A DNA stretch of 64,000 nt from Azolla caroliniana (GCA_043228905.1 JBHGNT010000001.1:13268001-13332000); one strand, 5' to 3'. Positions 50,719 to 64,000 are shown, counted from the stretch's first letter. Notes: generated from the letters alone by a model not told the origin. Numbers and translations are program-made.

Positions 50719-53700
50719 CTTCTGCTCTTCTGCCGCCTCTTTCACATCGGGTTCACCAAAGATGTCGTGTTATTACGCAAGTGCGTGTGGAAACGAGGCG
50801 GGACCGCGGGGGTCTCGAACCAAAGAGCAAGCGAGGGAGGAGAAAGAGAGAGAACCGGCTACGCAGGACCGGGGATACACAGGGACACGGCCCTTCAGCA
50901 CGGAGAACGCGAACGAACACCGACACAGACAGATGCGAATGACTAAATATATATATTAAGAATGGCTAACACGACTACAACCCTCGATGGGGCACAGGTT
51001 GGTTACAACCGAGCAGGCCGGCGAACAGATGCCGATGCCTGTTCGCTTCGACGCACGAAGGGGGTAGCCGGTCGGAGGTGCTGCCGGAAGCACTCGGGCG
51101 TTCCTCGAAACAGCGCGAGCCTCCTCGGAACCCTGCATAGAAAGCTATGGAGCTCAAGAAGGAAGGAAACAGAGAGCGAAGCGCCCAGAAACGGTCTGAC
51201 AGCACTTCCTCCTCTCTGCGCGAGCTCCCTGCAATAGCTCTTTCCTGCTCCTTATATAGGCCGACGAGCAGGCCGTCATGTCAGCTTTATTCCCTGTCCC
51301 TTTTGGACAGGGATTCGCTTCGTCCTTCACGCATCCGGGTAGTTACGCCGCCGACTCGTACAGTTCCTTCGCTCGCGCGCGCGACCGAAAAGACTGTTCG
51401 CGCGGTCTTTGTCTCCACTTGTGTTAGGGCCCGTTCCCGCCGATTATCCTCCTAATTCGCTTCTATGTACAACTCGGAGCGTGCGCGCGTGAAGAACCTG
51501 TTCCCACGCCTTGGTGCGCCGATTCCGCCTATGGACGGTTTTCTTCACGACACCGTGAAGTTGACCAATTGATACTAGATGATCCATATACAATAGTGGT
51601 GGATGAGTTGCGATTGCATACAACAATGCACTTACACGACAACCTTGTCGTACTGATTTGGCTAAGCTCCATGAATCTGTCAATTCACCCTCAATAATGC
51701 ATGAAGATGTGCTAGACCCATAAAGCCAATAGATTTACTTGAGACATTTTCGGACCAAATCCTAGTTTGACCATTATGGCTGCCACAAAATCCCATTAGA
51801 TGGTGTCAAAGGCCTTTTCAATGTCAATTTGCATGAGAAATACATCTTGTTTGGTGTAATTGGCATACTCCATTCCAATATAAGCATTAGCAATATTATC
51901 TGTAATTTGCCTTCGGGGAATGAACCTGTACTGGTTTACGTGTATGCCTCCCAACAAAGTGTCCTTAATACGATTAGCAATTATTTTTGCAATAAGTTTA
52001 TAGATCACTGGCATGAGAGTGATTGGTTGCCAATCCAAAAAAGATTCACACAGTTTCTTTTTGGGTATTAATTTGACCAAACCTTCTTTCCATGAGATTG
52101 ACATATCCCATTGTTGCCAAACATTATTTGCCATAGATAGGATTAAATCCTTAAGGACATCCCAAAATTCTGCAATGAACTCTAAGGTAATACCATCCCA
52201 ACCAAGCACTTTGCCTTTCCCGAGGCCCTTCCGAGCCTCCAAGAGCAGCTCCATTGTGAATGTTGCATCCAAAGCAATAGCTTTATCAACACAAATAGTG
52301 GGTTGAACTAGTGACAAGAATGTATCTCTAGCCTGTTTAACTGCATCTGTAACAACTGCATTGTTCTCAAAGATGTGAGAGAAGTGAGTTACACATTCCT
52401 TGGCTAGTTCAAGTCGGTTTGTAGTCCACAAACCATCACCAGTTTTGATGAATTTAATGGATTCCTTTTGGCGTATTAGATGCAACCTTTTGAAGAAGGA
52501 TTTAGAAGAGCATCCTTTGTCTTTCAATGGAAACTGTCTTGACCTAACTTGCCATTTTTCCAATTTATTTTTGTCATGTAGCATCAATGTGTGTTTGGCC
52601 ATACACAATGCATCCTCTTCATGTAAAAGTCAAAGACCTTCTATGTGCTAACTCCGTTAGGGCTTGACAATTAAATTTGGCTTGTTGAGTGTAATCTCTC
52701 TGTCTTGAGACATATCACTTCCCATACTCTCGTATTATTGTTTGTAAGCTATGTACAAAATGTACCCATGCTATATCAACATCTATGTTGACTTCTACAT
52801 AAAGAGGAGGTATTATGTCATAGACCATCCTCTTGAAGAGTTCATGCTTGAGGTAGTTGTTGTTAATGAGCATAAGTCTCTTTCTTTGGAGATGCACTTC
52901 ATTGGAATGATTCCCAAAATGACGATCTAACCAAACAGGAGCATGATTTAACAACTGCAAAACATGATATATATGTATTGTACATGTGAAATTTTCATAC
53001 TGACTAGCATGCAACAAATACCATCTATCAAGCCTTGCATAGTATGCGGAGTGGGTGGTGTGATGAAAGGTAAAACCAGGAACATGTGGATGTGTCATTT
53101 GCCATAAATCAACCCAATCCAATGAGCTTTGCACATTATACCACTGACCTTGTTCCTCTCTCAACATATGTGAGTGCCCACTAGTGTTATCACCTGCATT
53201 TGGAGAGTTGTTGAAATCTCCACATATAAATGAATTTTGTGGCCATGGATAAGCACAAATGTCTCGCCAAGGTAAAGCTCTATCCCTCGAGGCGTTTGGG
53301 CCATATATTCCACCAAAATCATATGTCTCGCCATCGGACGGCGGCAAAGTGTACTTCTCCGATGCCTTTACCGCATACCTTCGACAAGAAGGAATCCGGC
53401 GGGAGTTTACTTGCCAACACACACCTCATCAGAACGGAGTAGCCGAACGCAAGAACCGGCACATACTCGAGCTGGCAAGGGCAACGATGAACGAGAAACA
53501 TCTGCCAAAATCATACTGGGATGAAGCAGTGAATACGGCCTTCTATCTAATGAATCACTGCACAACATCAAGAGTGAATGATGTTACCCCTTGCAAAAAG
53601 TTCTATGGGAAGAAATTGGATCTATCCCATGTCAAGATATTTGGTTTAATAGCATATGTACATATTCCCGATGAGAAGCAGTAGAAGCTCAATCCCAAGT

Positions 53701-53952
53701 CGGAGAAATGTATACTCGTAAGATACTCACTTGAGCAAAAAGGGTATAAGTGCTTCAATCCTTCCACCAAGAAAGTACGAGTGAGTCGGGATGTCGCATT
53801 CGACGAGTCGGCATCTTGGTATATAGTTGAATTAGCCCTAGCCGACATAGTCGAAACCGAGTTCGACATAGATGCGGAGGAGGATGATCGACTGAGGCTC
53901 ACATTAGAGGAAAGTCCAATTTGAAACAGGTAGAGTGAACCACAAGAGCCTG

Positions 53953-56821
53953 TGTCATGATATGGAAAGACTCGAACCCATGACCTTATGCTACATGGGT
54001 CGAGCTCTTACCATTAGACTATGTATTGTAATACGAAAGATATTATTTTCATTATATTCTCGAGTTCTTTGGAACATTCTAGAAACTTCAAGAGTACTCC
54101 TGACAACACTATAAAAGGAGGCACAAGGAATTATTTCGAACCAAATCGGTTCAACGCTAGTCTTAAGCCTCCTAGCTACTATTGTACATTCTCTTCACAT
54201 AATATATATCTTTTCTTATCATCACTCTCTCTCTCTCTCTCTCCCTCTCTCTCTCCCTCCCTCTCACTCACTCTTTCCTTCTCTTGAGAGTTCTTCACCT
54301 CTCTTAGTACTAATACTTCTTTTAGTACTAATTCCTTCTCTGTCTTAGTACTGTTCCTGACAGTTTGAACCGATTTGGTCGTTCTTCCTTCCTCCTCTTC
54401 CTTTCCTCCTCTTCCTTTTATCTTCTTATTAATCCTCTTATCCTCCCTAGTAAAATGGAAATTGTTAACGCTCAGGAATACGAATCTGTTTTCTCGGAGC
54501 TCCAATGCTTAAAAGAGAAATTTGTAGCACTAGAACAAGAAAATCTTCGTTTGTTGGGGGATCTTCAACAAATAGTGCTGGAAAAACAACAACAACATGG
54601 GGAGCTGACGTTATGTGTACGAAAACTCAAAGCGACTATCATATCATTACAACAACAAGGATCAAGCACTCAAGGGATTCACAAAGAACCCAAGATCGGT
54701 CTTCCTGCAAAATTTGATGGGACCCGATCACAGTTTAGAGGGTTTTTGAATCAGGTACGTTTAGTGATACAAATGCATCCTTCTCGATATCCCACCGATG
54801 CATCACGAGTGGGACTAGTAGGCACTCTCCTTAGTGGCTCAACGTTAGCACGGTTTGCTCCATTGTTGGAAAAGGAATCTCCATTACTAAACAATTTTGA
54901 AGAATTTATAAGTGAGTTTAAGGCCTGTTTTGGAGATACTGACAGCATAAGGATTGCAATCAACAAAATCTGGCGATTACGCAAAGGTGATCATCTAGCC
55001 TCCGCATACGCTGCAGATTTCTGCCTACTCATTGCCGATATCCCTTGGGATGATCACGCATTGATGGAGCAATTTTGTTATGGCTTACGCAACGATGTCA
55101 TTAACAGAAGCAATTAGTCGCACAGTGAGATGCAACAACCGCCTCTTCAAACGACATTCGGAACGACAATTCCAGATTCCAAGGGCAAGGATTTACTCTT
55201 GACCTTCCTCGAAGAGACAAAGTCATTAACAGAAGCAATCAGTCACACAGTGAGATGCAACAACCGCCTCTTCGAACGACGTTCGGAACGACAATTCCAG
55301 ATTCCAAGGGCAAGATCAGAGCCTACCTATGCCTCAATGGTAGCAAAACCTTTTCCGAGGGAGTCATATAATGCGCCTCCAGTAAGTACTCCAACTCCGA
55401 TGGAAATTGACACCACACGTCGTCGTGGACCGCTATTGGAAGAAGAAAAGCAACGATGCCGAGCAAACCGACTATGTCTTTATTGCGATGGACCAGGGCA
55501 TATCACGGTAAACTGTCCCCATAGGCCAAGAAGGCAGGTAAACCAAATAGTTGCTAGTTCTAATTGTACTAAACCCGAGTCTATTTCAGTAGGGATATCT
55601 GATAGTCCTAATAGTACTAATAGCCCAAATCTAGCGAACAAATTTGATGTCCTTACTCAGTTAGAAGAAGAGTTAAACGACTAAGTCCAGCCAAAATAGG
55701 AGCCGTTTGGTTGGACAGCCCTAGATCTGTGCAGCCCATTAGTGGTTCCATTCCCTCTAAGCAAGTTAGCAATGTGTTCGTAGCCCAAGTAGCAGTTAGT
55801 ACTAAAAGAACTCCTCCAGTACATGTCTTAGCACTTCTAGATTCCGGAGCTAATTCTTGCTTCATGGATAGGAAATTTGCCCAAGCTCATCAGATATCTC
55901 TTAGAAAACTCCCGTGTCCTGCCTCTATAGTAGTCATTGATGGTCGTCCCATTGCTTCCGGAAATATCATGGAAGAGTCAGAGCCCGTTAATATTTTCCT
56001 AGATAATCTAGCATGTGTCGTATCATTAAATATAATTGGCATCCTAGAACACCCCATTGTCTTAGGATTACTATGGTTCGAATTACATAACCTAGACATA
56101 GATTGGCGGACAAGAGAAATCCGGCATCGAAAAGCCCGAGGGTTTACTCATGAGATTGCAACGATTTCACTACATCAGTTGCGTGAGGAAGGATGCAAGG
56201 AAGAAATGTTCCTCTTCGCAATATCAGTAAAACCCTCCAGCACCACTAAAGAGGAATCCACCATTCAACCTCCAGAGAAGTATCGTCATTATGCCGATGT
56301 GTTTGATAAAGTACAAGCCAATACACTTCCTCACCATCGACCATATGATTGCCCCATCGATTTACAATCGGGGAAAGAGCCACCATGGGGACCGATCTAC
56401 AATCTGTCACCAACCAAACTGGAAGTCCTTCGAGCTTATATAGAGGAGAATTTGGAGAATGGTTTCATACAACATTCGAAATCTCCACCCTGCGCACCCA
56501 TTTTCTTCGTCAAGAAAAAGGATGGCTAACTTCGTCTCTGTTGAGAATCAAGCTCAACTTGGTCTAGTGTGTGAACTCACCTTGAGAGTGAATAGACAAT
56601 CCAACGGTCAAGAGTCACCATTAAGTCACCTCTTTGTATTCTAGCATTTAGTATGAGTCATAGAATCATATTCTATGACACATAATTTATGAGCTTTCAC
56701 ATTCCCCATGCTCCATGAGCCTTATAGTTAATGAAGAGAGAGGGTGACTATATAAAGCACCCTTCTCCCACCTTGTTTTGTGTCGACTCTTTCTCCTTTG
56801 TTAATACACTTAACCTTGCGT

Positions 56822-56900
<79 letters not shown>

Positions 56901-59900
56901 TCACACCTATTCCGTTTCACAAGAATCTATCTCTTGATTCTTTACATGGTATCAGAGCGATTTGGTAGCTCGATCTAGCCCATTCGCCTCATCGTGATCG
57001 TGTGTTGTGCTCTATGCTGACGACCAAGAACCGGCTCATAGCTATCGTAGCTTCGCTACATAGCTCGCACTCGACAAGAGAAGAAGAAGAAGAAGAATCG
57101 ACATAATGAATACTGAAATGGGGAGCGTTCTCCCTACCGAGAAGTTGGATCGAAACAAATTCGCATCTTGGGAGTACAAGATGCACCAATACCTTGTCAG
57201 ACAAGGCTATTGGAGCTACATCAAAGGAGCGCATGAAGACCGACCCGCCGAAGTGGCTCCCGGATACGCGACATGGGAGCAAGCGGCAAGCCACGTGATG
57301 TATTGTTTGGCGACATGTGTTCACGACCACATGCTCGGTTACATTCGAGAAGCCAAGACGCCGAAGGAAGCGTGGGAAAATCTACGAAAGATTTTCGCCG
57401 CCAACACAACCGCGAGGAAGCTTCAACTCCGCCAAGAGTTGAACAACATTCAACAAAGGGACATGTCCATCACGACATACACCTTGAAGATCAAGAATGA
57501 AGTCGAGAAAGCCACGGGCCGACATGTACGATGCCTTCGATTGGATGGCGGCAAGGAGTACTTCTCGGACGATTTCACGGCGTATCTCCGAAAGCAAGGA
57601 ATTCGGCAAGAATTCACTTGCCGACACACTCTGCAACAAAACGGAGTAGCCAAGCGCAAAAATCGGCACATCCTCGAAGTAGCGCGGGCCATGATGAACG
57701 AGAAGCATATGCCCAAGTCATATTGGGCCGAAGCTGCAAATACGGCCGTCTACCTAATGAACCGGTGCACAACATCCGGCGTGCACGAGGTCACCCCGCA
57801 CGGAAAATACTACGGAAAGAAGCCGGACTTATCGCACATCCGGATATTTGGCCCCATTGTGTACATGCACATTCCCGAAGAGAAGCGTCAAAAGCTTGAC
57901 CCGAAGTCGGAGAAATGTATCCTCGTAGGATACTCATTGGAGCAAAAGGGGTACAAGTGCTACAACCCCTCAACTCGAAAATCTCGAGTAAGTCGAGACG
58001 TCATTTTTGACGAGTCCGCATCCTGGTACGCACCAGAGACAACTCCAACTCCGACTTCGCTCGACCCGGAATTCGCCGAACAAGAGATCGAGGATGAAGA
58101 TCGCCTTATGCGCATATTCGAAGAAAGTCCGATCACGACCCGATTGAGCGGACCACAAGAGCCTTTGAGCGATCAAAGCACATCACGGCATAGCCCGAAG
58201 ATGGATAAAGGCAAGGCAAAAATGTCGGAATACGAAGACGATTGCTTCAACGACGATGAGTCGACTCACTCACTCGATAGTGAGTTCGGCGGTTTCGAGG
58301 TACCAATCGGAGCTAAAAAAGCCCTCATCTCTGCAAATGAAAAGCTTCGCTGATCCACCCATGAAAAGAACCCCTTAAGCCGATTCGGCTACAATGATTA
58401 TATGGCGTACCATTATGCCTTTATGGTGAAGGTAGCGACAGTACGGGAGCCGGAAACCTTTTCGGAAGCCGCGAAGGACCCGCGATGGATCGAAGCAATG
58501 AATGAGGAGATGCAAGCACTACGGAAGAACAAGACGTGGGATCTCGTTCCCACCTCACCGCACAAAAAGGCGATCGGATGCAGATGGATCTACAAAGTGA
58601 AGCACAACGCCGACGGTTCCGTCAACCGCTACAAAGCGCGACTTGTAGCGAAAGGCTACACCCAAATGCACCGAGTTGACTATGAGGACACCTTTGCCCC
58701 GGTGGCAAAGATGACGACGGTATGGACCGTAATTGCACTTGCCGCGGCGAAAGGGTGGCACCTCCATCAAATGGATGTCAAGAACGCCTTTCTACAAGGT
58801 GAATTAGAAGAGGAGGTGTACATGATACAACCACCCGACTTCAACTCGAGCACCCATCCGAAAGCTGTATGCCGACTCAAGAGGCCACTCTACGGCCTCA
58901 AGCAAGCATCATGTGCTTCGCATTCGAAGATAACGCAATATCTTCATCAAATCGGCTTCCGTATGTCAAAATCGGACAACTCCCTCTACATACGAAACGA
59001 TTCCGCAAGTCCGATCATCATCATCTTATATGTGGATGACCTAGTCATTGGAGGTGAGCATCTCGTCGAAATCACTAAGGTCAAATCCCTCCTTTCCGAC
59101 AAGTTCGAGATCACGGACATGAAGGAGCTCCACTACTTCCTCGGCATCGAGGTAATTTGGACTCCGTCCGGAATCATGATCTCTCAACGGCACTACATCC
59201 TCAACTTGTTATACAAGTTCAGGATGACTGAGTGCAAATCCGTGGCAACCCCGCTCGATCGTAATCTCAAACTAGATGCGAACTCCGGCACCAAAGCGTG
59301 TGAGCCGACTCAGTATCGAAAACTCATCGGGAGTCTCATCTACCTCACGATCACTCGACCCGATCTCAAATATCCGGTCGGTCTCCTTAGTCAATTCATG
59401 CAAACACCGCATGATACTCACTTGGATTGCGCTAATCAAGTTCTACGCTACGTGAGCGGCACAATGGATTGCGGCATCCTCTACAAGACCGCGATGCCAA
59501 TACGACTCGAGGGGTACACCGACGCCGATTGGGCCAGCTACAAAGCCGATGGAAGATCAACCTCCAGATTTGTTTTCTCCCTCGGCAACGGAGCAATATC
59601 CTGGAGTAGCAAGAAGCAACCTGCTGTCGCTCTTTCGAGTACGGAGGCGGAATACAGGTGCACAGCCGTAGCTGCATGTGAAGCCGTATGGCTCAAGAGG
59701 ATTTTGAAGGATTTGGGCGTTCCCATCAAGGATCCGACTCCCCTTTACTGCGACAACATGAGCAGTATTTATTTGGCTCGGAACCCGGTGTTCCACACGC
59801 GGACAAAGCACATTGAAGTGCACTATCACTTCATTCGAGAGCGCATTCTAGCTGTCGATGTCGACCTACAACACATTAGCACCAATCTCCAAACGGCCGA

Positions 59901-60514
59901 CATCTTCACTAAAGCTTTAGGAGCCGACAAGCTATGGCAATTCATGACCGATCTCGGATTGACGATCCCTGACTTGCCAAGCTTGAGGGGGAGTACGCAA
60001 GACACTACACAATCGCAATAACGCGTAGATTCCGCAACCGCGCAACGAAGCCGCGAAGAAAGACGCAAGCCGAAGCATAGACTTCGCAACTACGCACAAC
60101 GCAAGCTGGAGCACGGATTCCGCAACTCCGCATAAATGCGAGTCGAAGCAGATTTCGAATACCGTCTAAAACTGACCCGACTTGAGCTTGAGGGGGCGTG
60201 TTGAGAATCAAGCTCAACTTGGTCTAGTGTGTGAACTCACCTTGAGAGTGAATAGACACTCCAACGGTCAAGAGTCACCATTAAGTCACCTCTTTGTATT
60301 CTAGCATTTAGTATGAGTCATAGAATCATATTCTATGACACATAACTTATGAGCTTTCACATTCCCCATGCTCCATGAGCCTTGTAGTTAATGAAGAGAG
60401 AGGGTGACTATATAAAGCACCCTTCTCCCACCTTGTATTGTGTCGACTCTTTCTCCTTTGTTAATACACTTAACGTTGCATATACTCTCTGTCTCTGTCT
60501 CTCTCTATCTATCT

Positions 60515-60561
<47 letters not shown>

Positions 60562-63500
60562 ACACAGTTCACACCTATTCCGCTTCACAAGAATCCATCT
60601 CTTGATTCTTTACAGTCTCGTTGTAGATTATTGTGGCTTGAATAAGGTTACAATCCAAAATAGGTATGCACTCCCCCTTATCTCAAGTCTTTTAGAACGG
60701 ATCAATGGTGCCAAGTTCTTCACGAAGATCGACTTACGGGGAGCCTATAACCTCTTACGGATTCGACCAGGAGATGAATGGAAGACCGCGTTCCGCACCA
60801 GATATGGGCACTTTGAGTATACGGTCATGCTGTTCGGCCTCATAAATGCACCAACAGTCTTCTAGCACATGGCAAATGATATTTTCCTAGATCTCTTGGA
60901 TGTGTGTCTAATCATCTATTTGGATGATCTACTGGTTTACTCAAAGACCCAAGAAGAGCATGATTCTCATGTACTTTTAGTACTAAAACGACTTCGAGAA
61001 CATTGTCTTTATGCAAAGCTGGAAAAATGTAGTTTCGGGTGCAACCAGGTGGAATTTCTTGGCTATGTCATTTACTCAGAAGGCATCTCCATGGACCCAG
61101 CTAAGGTCAAAACGGTGGTAGACTGGCAGACTCCGCGTTCGGTGCGGGATGTGCAATGCTTTTTAGGCTTTGCCAATTTTTACCGGAAGTTTATAAAGGA
61201 TTACTTAAAGCTCGTTTTGACTCTTACATAACTTACTAGGAAGGGACAATCGTTCGTTTGGTCTGAAGAAGCGGACATGGCTTCTGAGAATCTTAAAAAG
61301 GCATTTACATCAGCTCCGATTCTAGCTCACGTTGATCCAGAAAAACCATTCATCATCGAAGTGGATGCATCGGATTTTGCATTGGGGAGCATTCTATCAC
61401 AACGAGGTAATGATGAGAAGCTACATCCTATGGCTTTTCACTCACGCAAGTTTGACGCTGCCGAAATCAACTACGAAATTCATGATAAAGAGCTATTGGC
61501 TATAGTGGACTCTTTTATGCAATGGAGGCATTTTCTAGAGGGATCTTCTCATCAAGTCACTGTATTCAGTGACCACAAAAACCTCGCCTATTTTCAAGAC
61601 GCTTGTGTGTTAAATCGACATCAAGCTCAGTGGGCCCATTTTCTCACACGTTTCGACTTCAAGATTACATATCGACCTGGGAAGCATCAAGGGAAAGCAG
61701 ATGCATTATCACGGCGTTCATACCTAGCACCGCGTCCCGACGAGCCATCTTTCGATAACCAAAAGCAAGTAATCTTGGGACCAGCACGACTGCAAGCAAC
61801 ATAGGTCTTTGGCATCCCCATGGATTCCCATGTTATCAATATCATACGTGCGGACTTGAAGACAGATGCTTTCACCCAAGCTATACTAGCACAAATTGAT
61901 CCCTCTCGAGCGTCGTGTTTACAGTCGCAACCACTAGGTACGGACTATCGGCAATTCAAATACCATGATGGATTACTCTTCTTTAAAGAACTTTTGTATG
62001 TTCCTAATGGTTCTTGCCGCCTTCGAGTAGTACAAAACTGTCATGACACATATACAGCTAGGCATTTTGGTAGTACTAAAACATTAGATTTAGTACAACG
62101 ATCATTCTGGTGGCCCCGTATGCGACAATTTGTCGAAGATTTTGTTCAGACTTGTGATACATGCTGCAGAGCGAAAATGCCAAGGCATCATCCAAGCAAG
62201 CCATGGCAATCCATTGCTCTAGACTTCATCACAGATCTTCCAGTCTCTAAGGGGTTCAATGCGATTCTAACAGTGGTAGATCGATATACGAAGATGGCTC
62301 ATTTCTTGCCATGTACTAAGGAAATCTCCAGTGAAGACACCGCCGAAATTGTCATGCATGAAGTATGTCGGCATCATGGACTTCCCGATAGTATCATCAG
62401 CGATCGTGGACCCCAGTTCGTGTCAAAATTCTGGAAGCACCTTTTTAAAATGCTCAAGGTCACTTGTAACCTCTCCTCTGGCTACCACCCACAAACTAAT
62501 GGCCAAGCCGAACGAACAAATCAAACGTTGGAGCAATATCTACGGTGCTTTCTTAGCTATCATCAGGATGATTGGGTAGATATTCTCCACTTCGCCGAAT
62601 TTGCCTATAATAACTCTATCCACGCATCGACTAAAGTTACGCCATTTTATGCTTATACGGGATATCACCCCCGGTGGTGTGTACTTGAAACCCTAGAGGT
62701 GTCCACAAATCCTTGCGCGGAGGATCGTTTGGAGCGGTTACACAAGATACAAGCGGATTTATCTACTCATCTCCAGCAAGCTCAACAAACACACAAGGTC
62801 TATGCGGATCATCATCGACTTCCATCCAGTTTTAACATTGGAGATCGGGTGTGGCTGCTACAACGACACATCAAGACTACTCGCCCATGTGAGAAGTTGG
62901 ATTATCGGCGATTAGGTCCTTTCCGTATTATCGGAAAGATTAATGATGTCGCTTTTCGTCTCAATCTACCTCCGCAACTTCAGATACATCTGGTGTTTCA
63001 TAGTTCTCTCCTCGAACCCTATCATGAGAGCACCATCCCAGGACGTATTATTCAACCACCACCCCCGATCGAGCTTGAAGATGAACCGGAGTACGAGGTT
63101 GCCGCCATCCTTGATTCCAAGATTGTTCGCAACAAGCTCCACTATCTAGTCGATTGGATAGGATATAGTCCCAACGAACGTACTTGGGAACTGATCGAGA
63201 ATTTGACCAATGCTCATGCTCTTCTTGAAGACTTCCATCGTCAATATCCACACAAACTGGGTCCTCAATCCAAAACGACTCGTGACACTCGTCGTTTTAA
63301 AGGGGGGATAGTGTCAGATATGGCAAGACTCGAACCCATGACCTTATGCTACATAGGTTGAGCTCTTACCATTAGACTATGTATTGTAATACGAAAGATA
63401 TTATTTTCATTTAAGTTTTATTATAGGAAATTGATGTATATTCTAGAGTTCTCTGGAACATTCTAGAAACTTCAGGAGTACTCCTAACAACACTATAAAA

Positions 63501-63722
63501 GGAGGCACAAGGCATTATTTCGAACCAAATCGGTTCAACGTCAGTCTTAAGCCTCCTAAGTACTATTGTACATTCTCTTCACATAATATATATCTTTTCT
63601 TATCATCACTCTCTCTCTCTCTCTCCATCCCTCTCACTCACTCTTTCCTTCTCTCGAGAGTTCAGTTCTTCACCTCTCTTAGTACTAATTCCTTCTCGAG
63701 AGAATTAGTACTGTTCTTGACA
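53953..63722 (+). mobile_element. Ty3/gypsy chromovirus F (same family as C, older, degenerate), carrying nested G
   Basis: LTRs 53953-54362 and 63312-63722; decayed TSD GCCTG/ACCTC (ancestral GCCTC of Copia A). Gag 54455-55684 has a stop; pol 55672-56538 + 60620-63320 has stops and ends in a chromodomain. Confidence 0.93.
56539..60614 (+). mobile_element. Ty1/copia element G (same family as B), internally deleted
   Basis: TSD GTCTC at 56534-56538 and 60615-60619. LTRs 56539-56946 and 60199-60614; PBS TGGTATCAGAGC at 56947-56958. Gag is fused to the integrase core at 57491-57495. RT-RH ORF 58402-60021. Confidence 0.95.
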
Positions 63723-64000
63723 ACCTCCAAGCGACCAAAGCACGTCGCGGACGAGTCCGAAACATGACAAAGGAAAGGCCAAAATGCCAGAGTACGAAGA
63801 CTTAGATGGAAATGAATCGACTCACTCACCCGACAGTGAGTATGGTGGACTAGATATGCCCATCATGAGGACACCAGGAGAACCACTTCGCTCCACCCGA
63901 ATAAAGAACGTAGTCAGTCGATTAAGCTACAATGACTATATGGCATATCATTATGCATTCATGATGAAGGTGACGATAGTCTGAGAACCGGAAACCTTTT

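Larger units (their letters stand above)
44251..51552 (-). mobile_element. Ty3/gypsy element E (no chromodomain, GC-rich), apparently intact
   Basis: 790-bp LTRs at 44251-45040 and 50763-51552 (4 differences seen). 4-bp TSD CCGT at 44247-44250 and 51553-51556. PBS at 50741-50758 complementary to tRNA-Trp; PPT tagggtggggcgga-like. Two long intact ORFs. Confidence 0.95.
19116..53325 (-). mobile_element. L1-type LINE (LINE-2 here), split into three pieces (~19116-27079, 43751-44250, 51557-~53325) by later insertions
   Basis: Minus-strand ORF2 pieces in the correct order: endonuclease (IYGPN, ICGDFN, RLDRWY), RT (GWDG, DWQPITL, QIDIEKAFD, VRQGC, YAND), then GGLNFLNL, then zinc finger (VFLWRC...CAKC...HLFWTC). 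Removing Gypsy E and one TSD copy restores the frame (QLHG-LQMK). End coordinates are approximate. Confidence 0.88.
17377..64000 (+). mobile_element. Ty1/copia element A: oldest, outermost and degenerate; pieces at 17377-~19115, ~53325-53952 and 63723->64000
   Basis: 5' LTR 17377-17765 (TGTTGAGA...TTTACA), PBS tggtatcaga (tRNA-iMet type) at 17766. Gag (LPTEKLDRNNFASW), CCHC knuckle (CGYCGKFGHYEAEC) and protease (WFVDSSASNHM) follow. Integrase resumes at ~53330 (SDGGKVYFSD...ERKNR), and the INT-RT linker resumes at 63723. The 3' end lies outside the window. Confidence 0.85.

Noticed and set aside
44167-51455. Numerous antisense and alternative-frame ORFs over Gypsy E (and similarly Copia D)
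   Set aside because: Expected shadow ORFs of GC-rich coding sequence and LTR duplicates, with no independent motifs.

Overview
Land-plant nuclear DNA; a fern or other non-seed plant is plausible from the retroelement repertoire (inference). The first ~17 kb is genic: a 15-exon NIMA-related kinase gene (minus strand, ~851 aa), a 5'-truncated L1-type LINE with an 18-bp target-site duplication (TSD), and a two-exon S1FA-like gene. From 17377 to the end is one nested retrotransposon pile. An old Copia (A) contains a second LINE, and that LINE contains a 28 x 246-bp near-perfect tandem array, Copia B (itself holding intact chromovirus C and Copia D) and an intact tRNA-Trp-primed Gypsy E. Copia A also contains chromovirus F, which holds Copia G. 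Four signals stand out. (1) The C/F family has a tRNA-independent, Tf1-like self-priming site supported by a compensatory base-pair change between the copies. (2) The same LTRs carry an antisense tRNA-like A-box/B-box (Pol III-type) module. (3) There are two distinct -1 frameshift/pseudoknot signals, one at gag/pol and one at gag-PR/RT. (4) A very young satellite has arisen from dead LINE ORF2 sequence. All coordinates and counts were read by eye and no searches were run.
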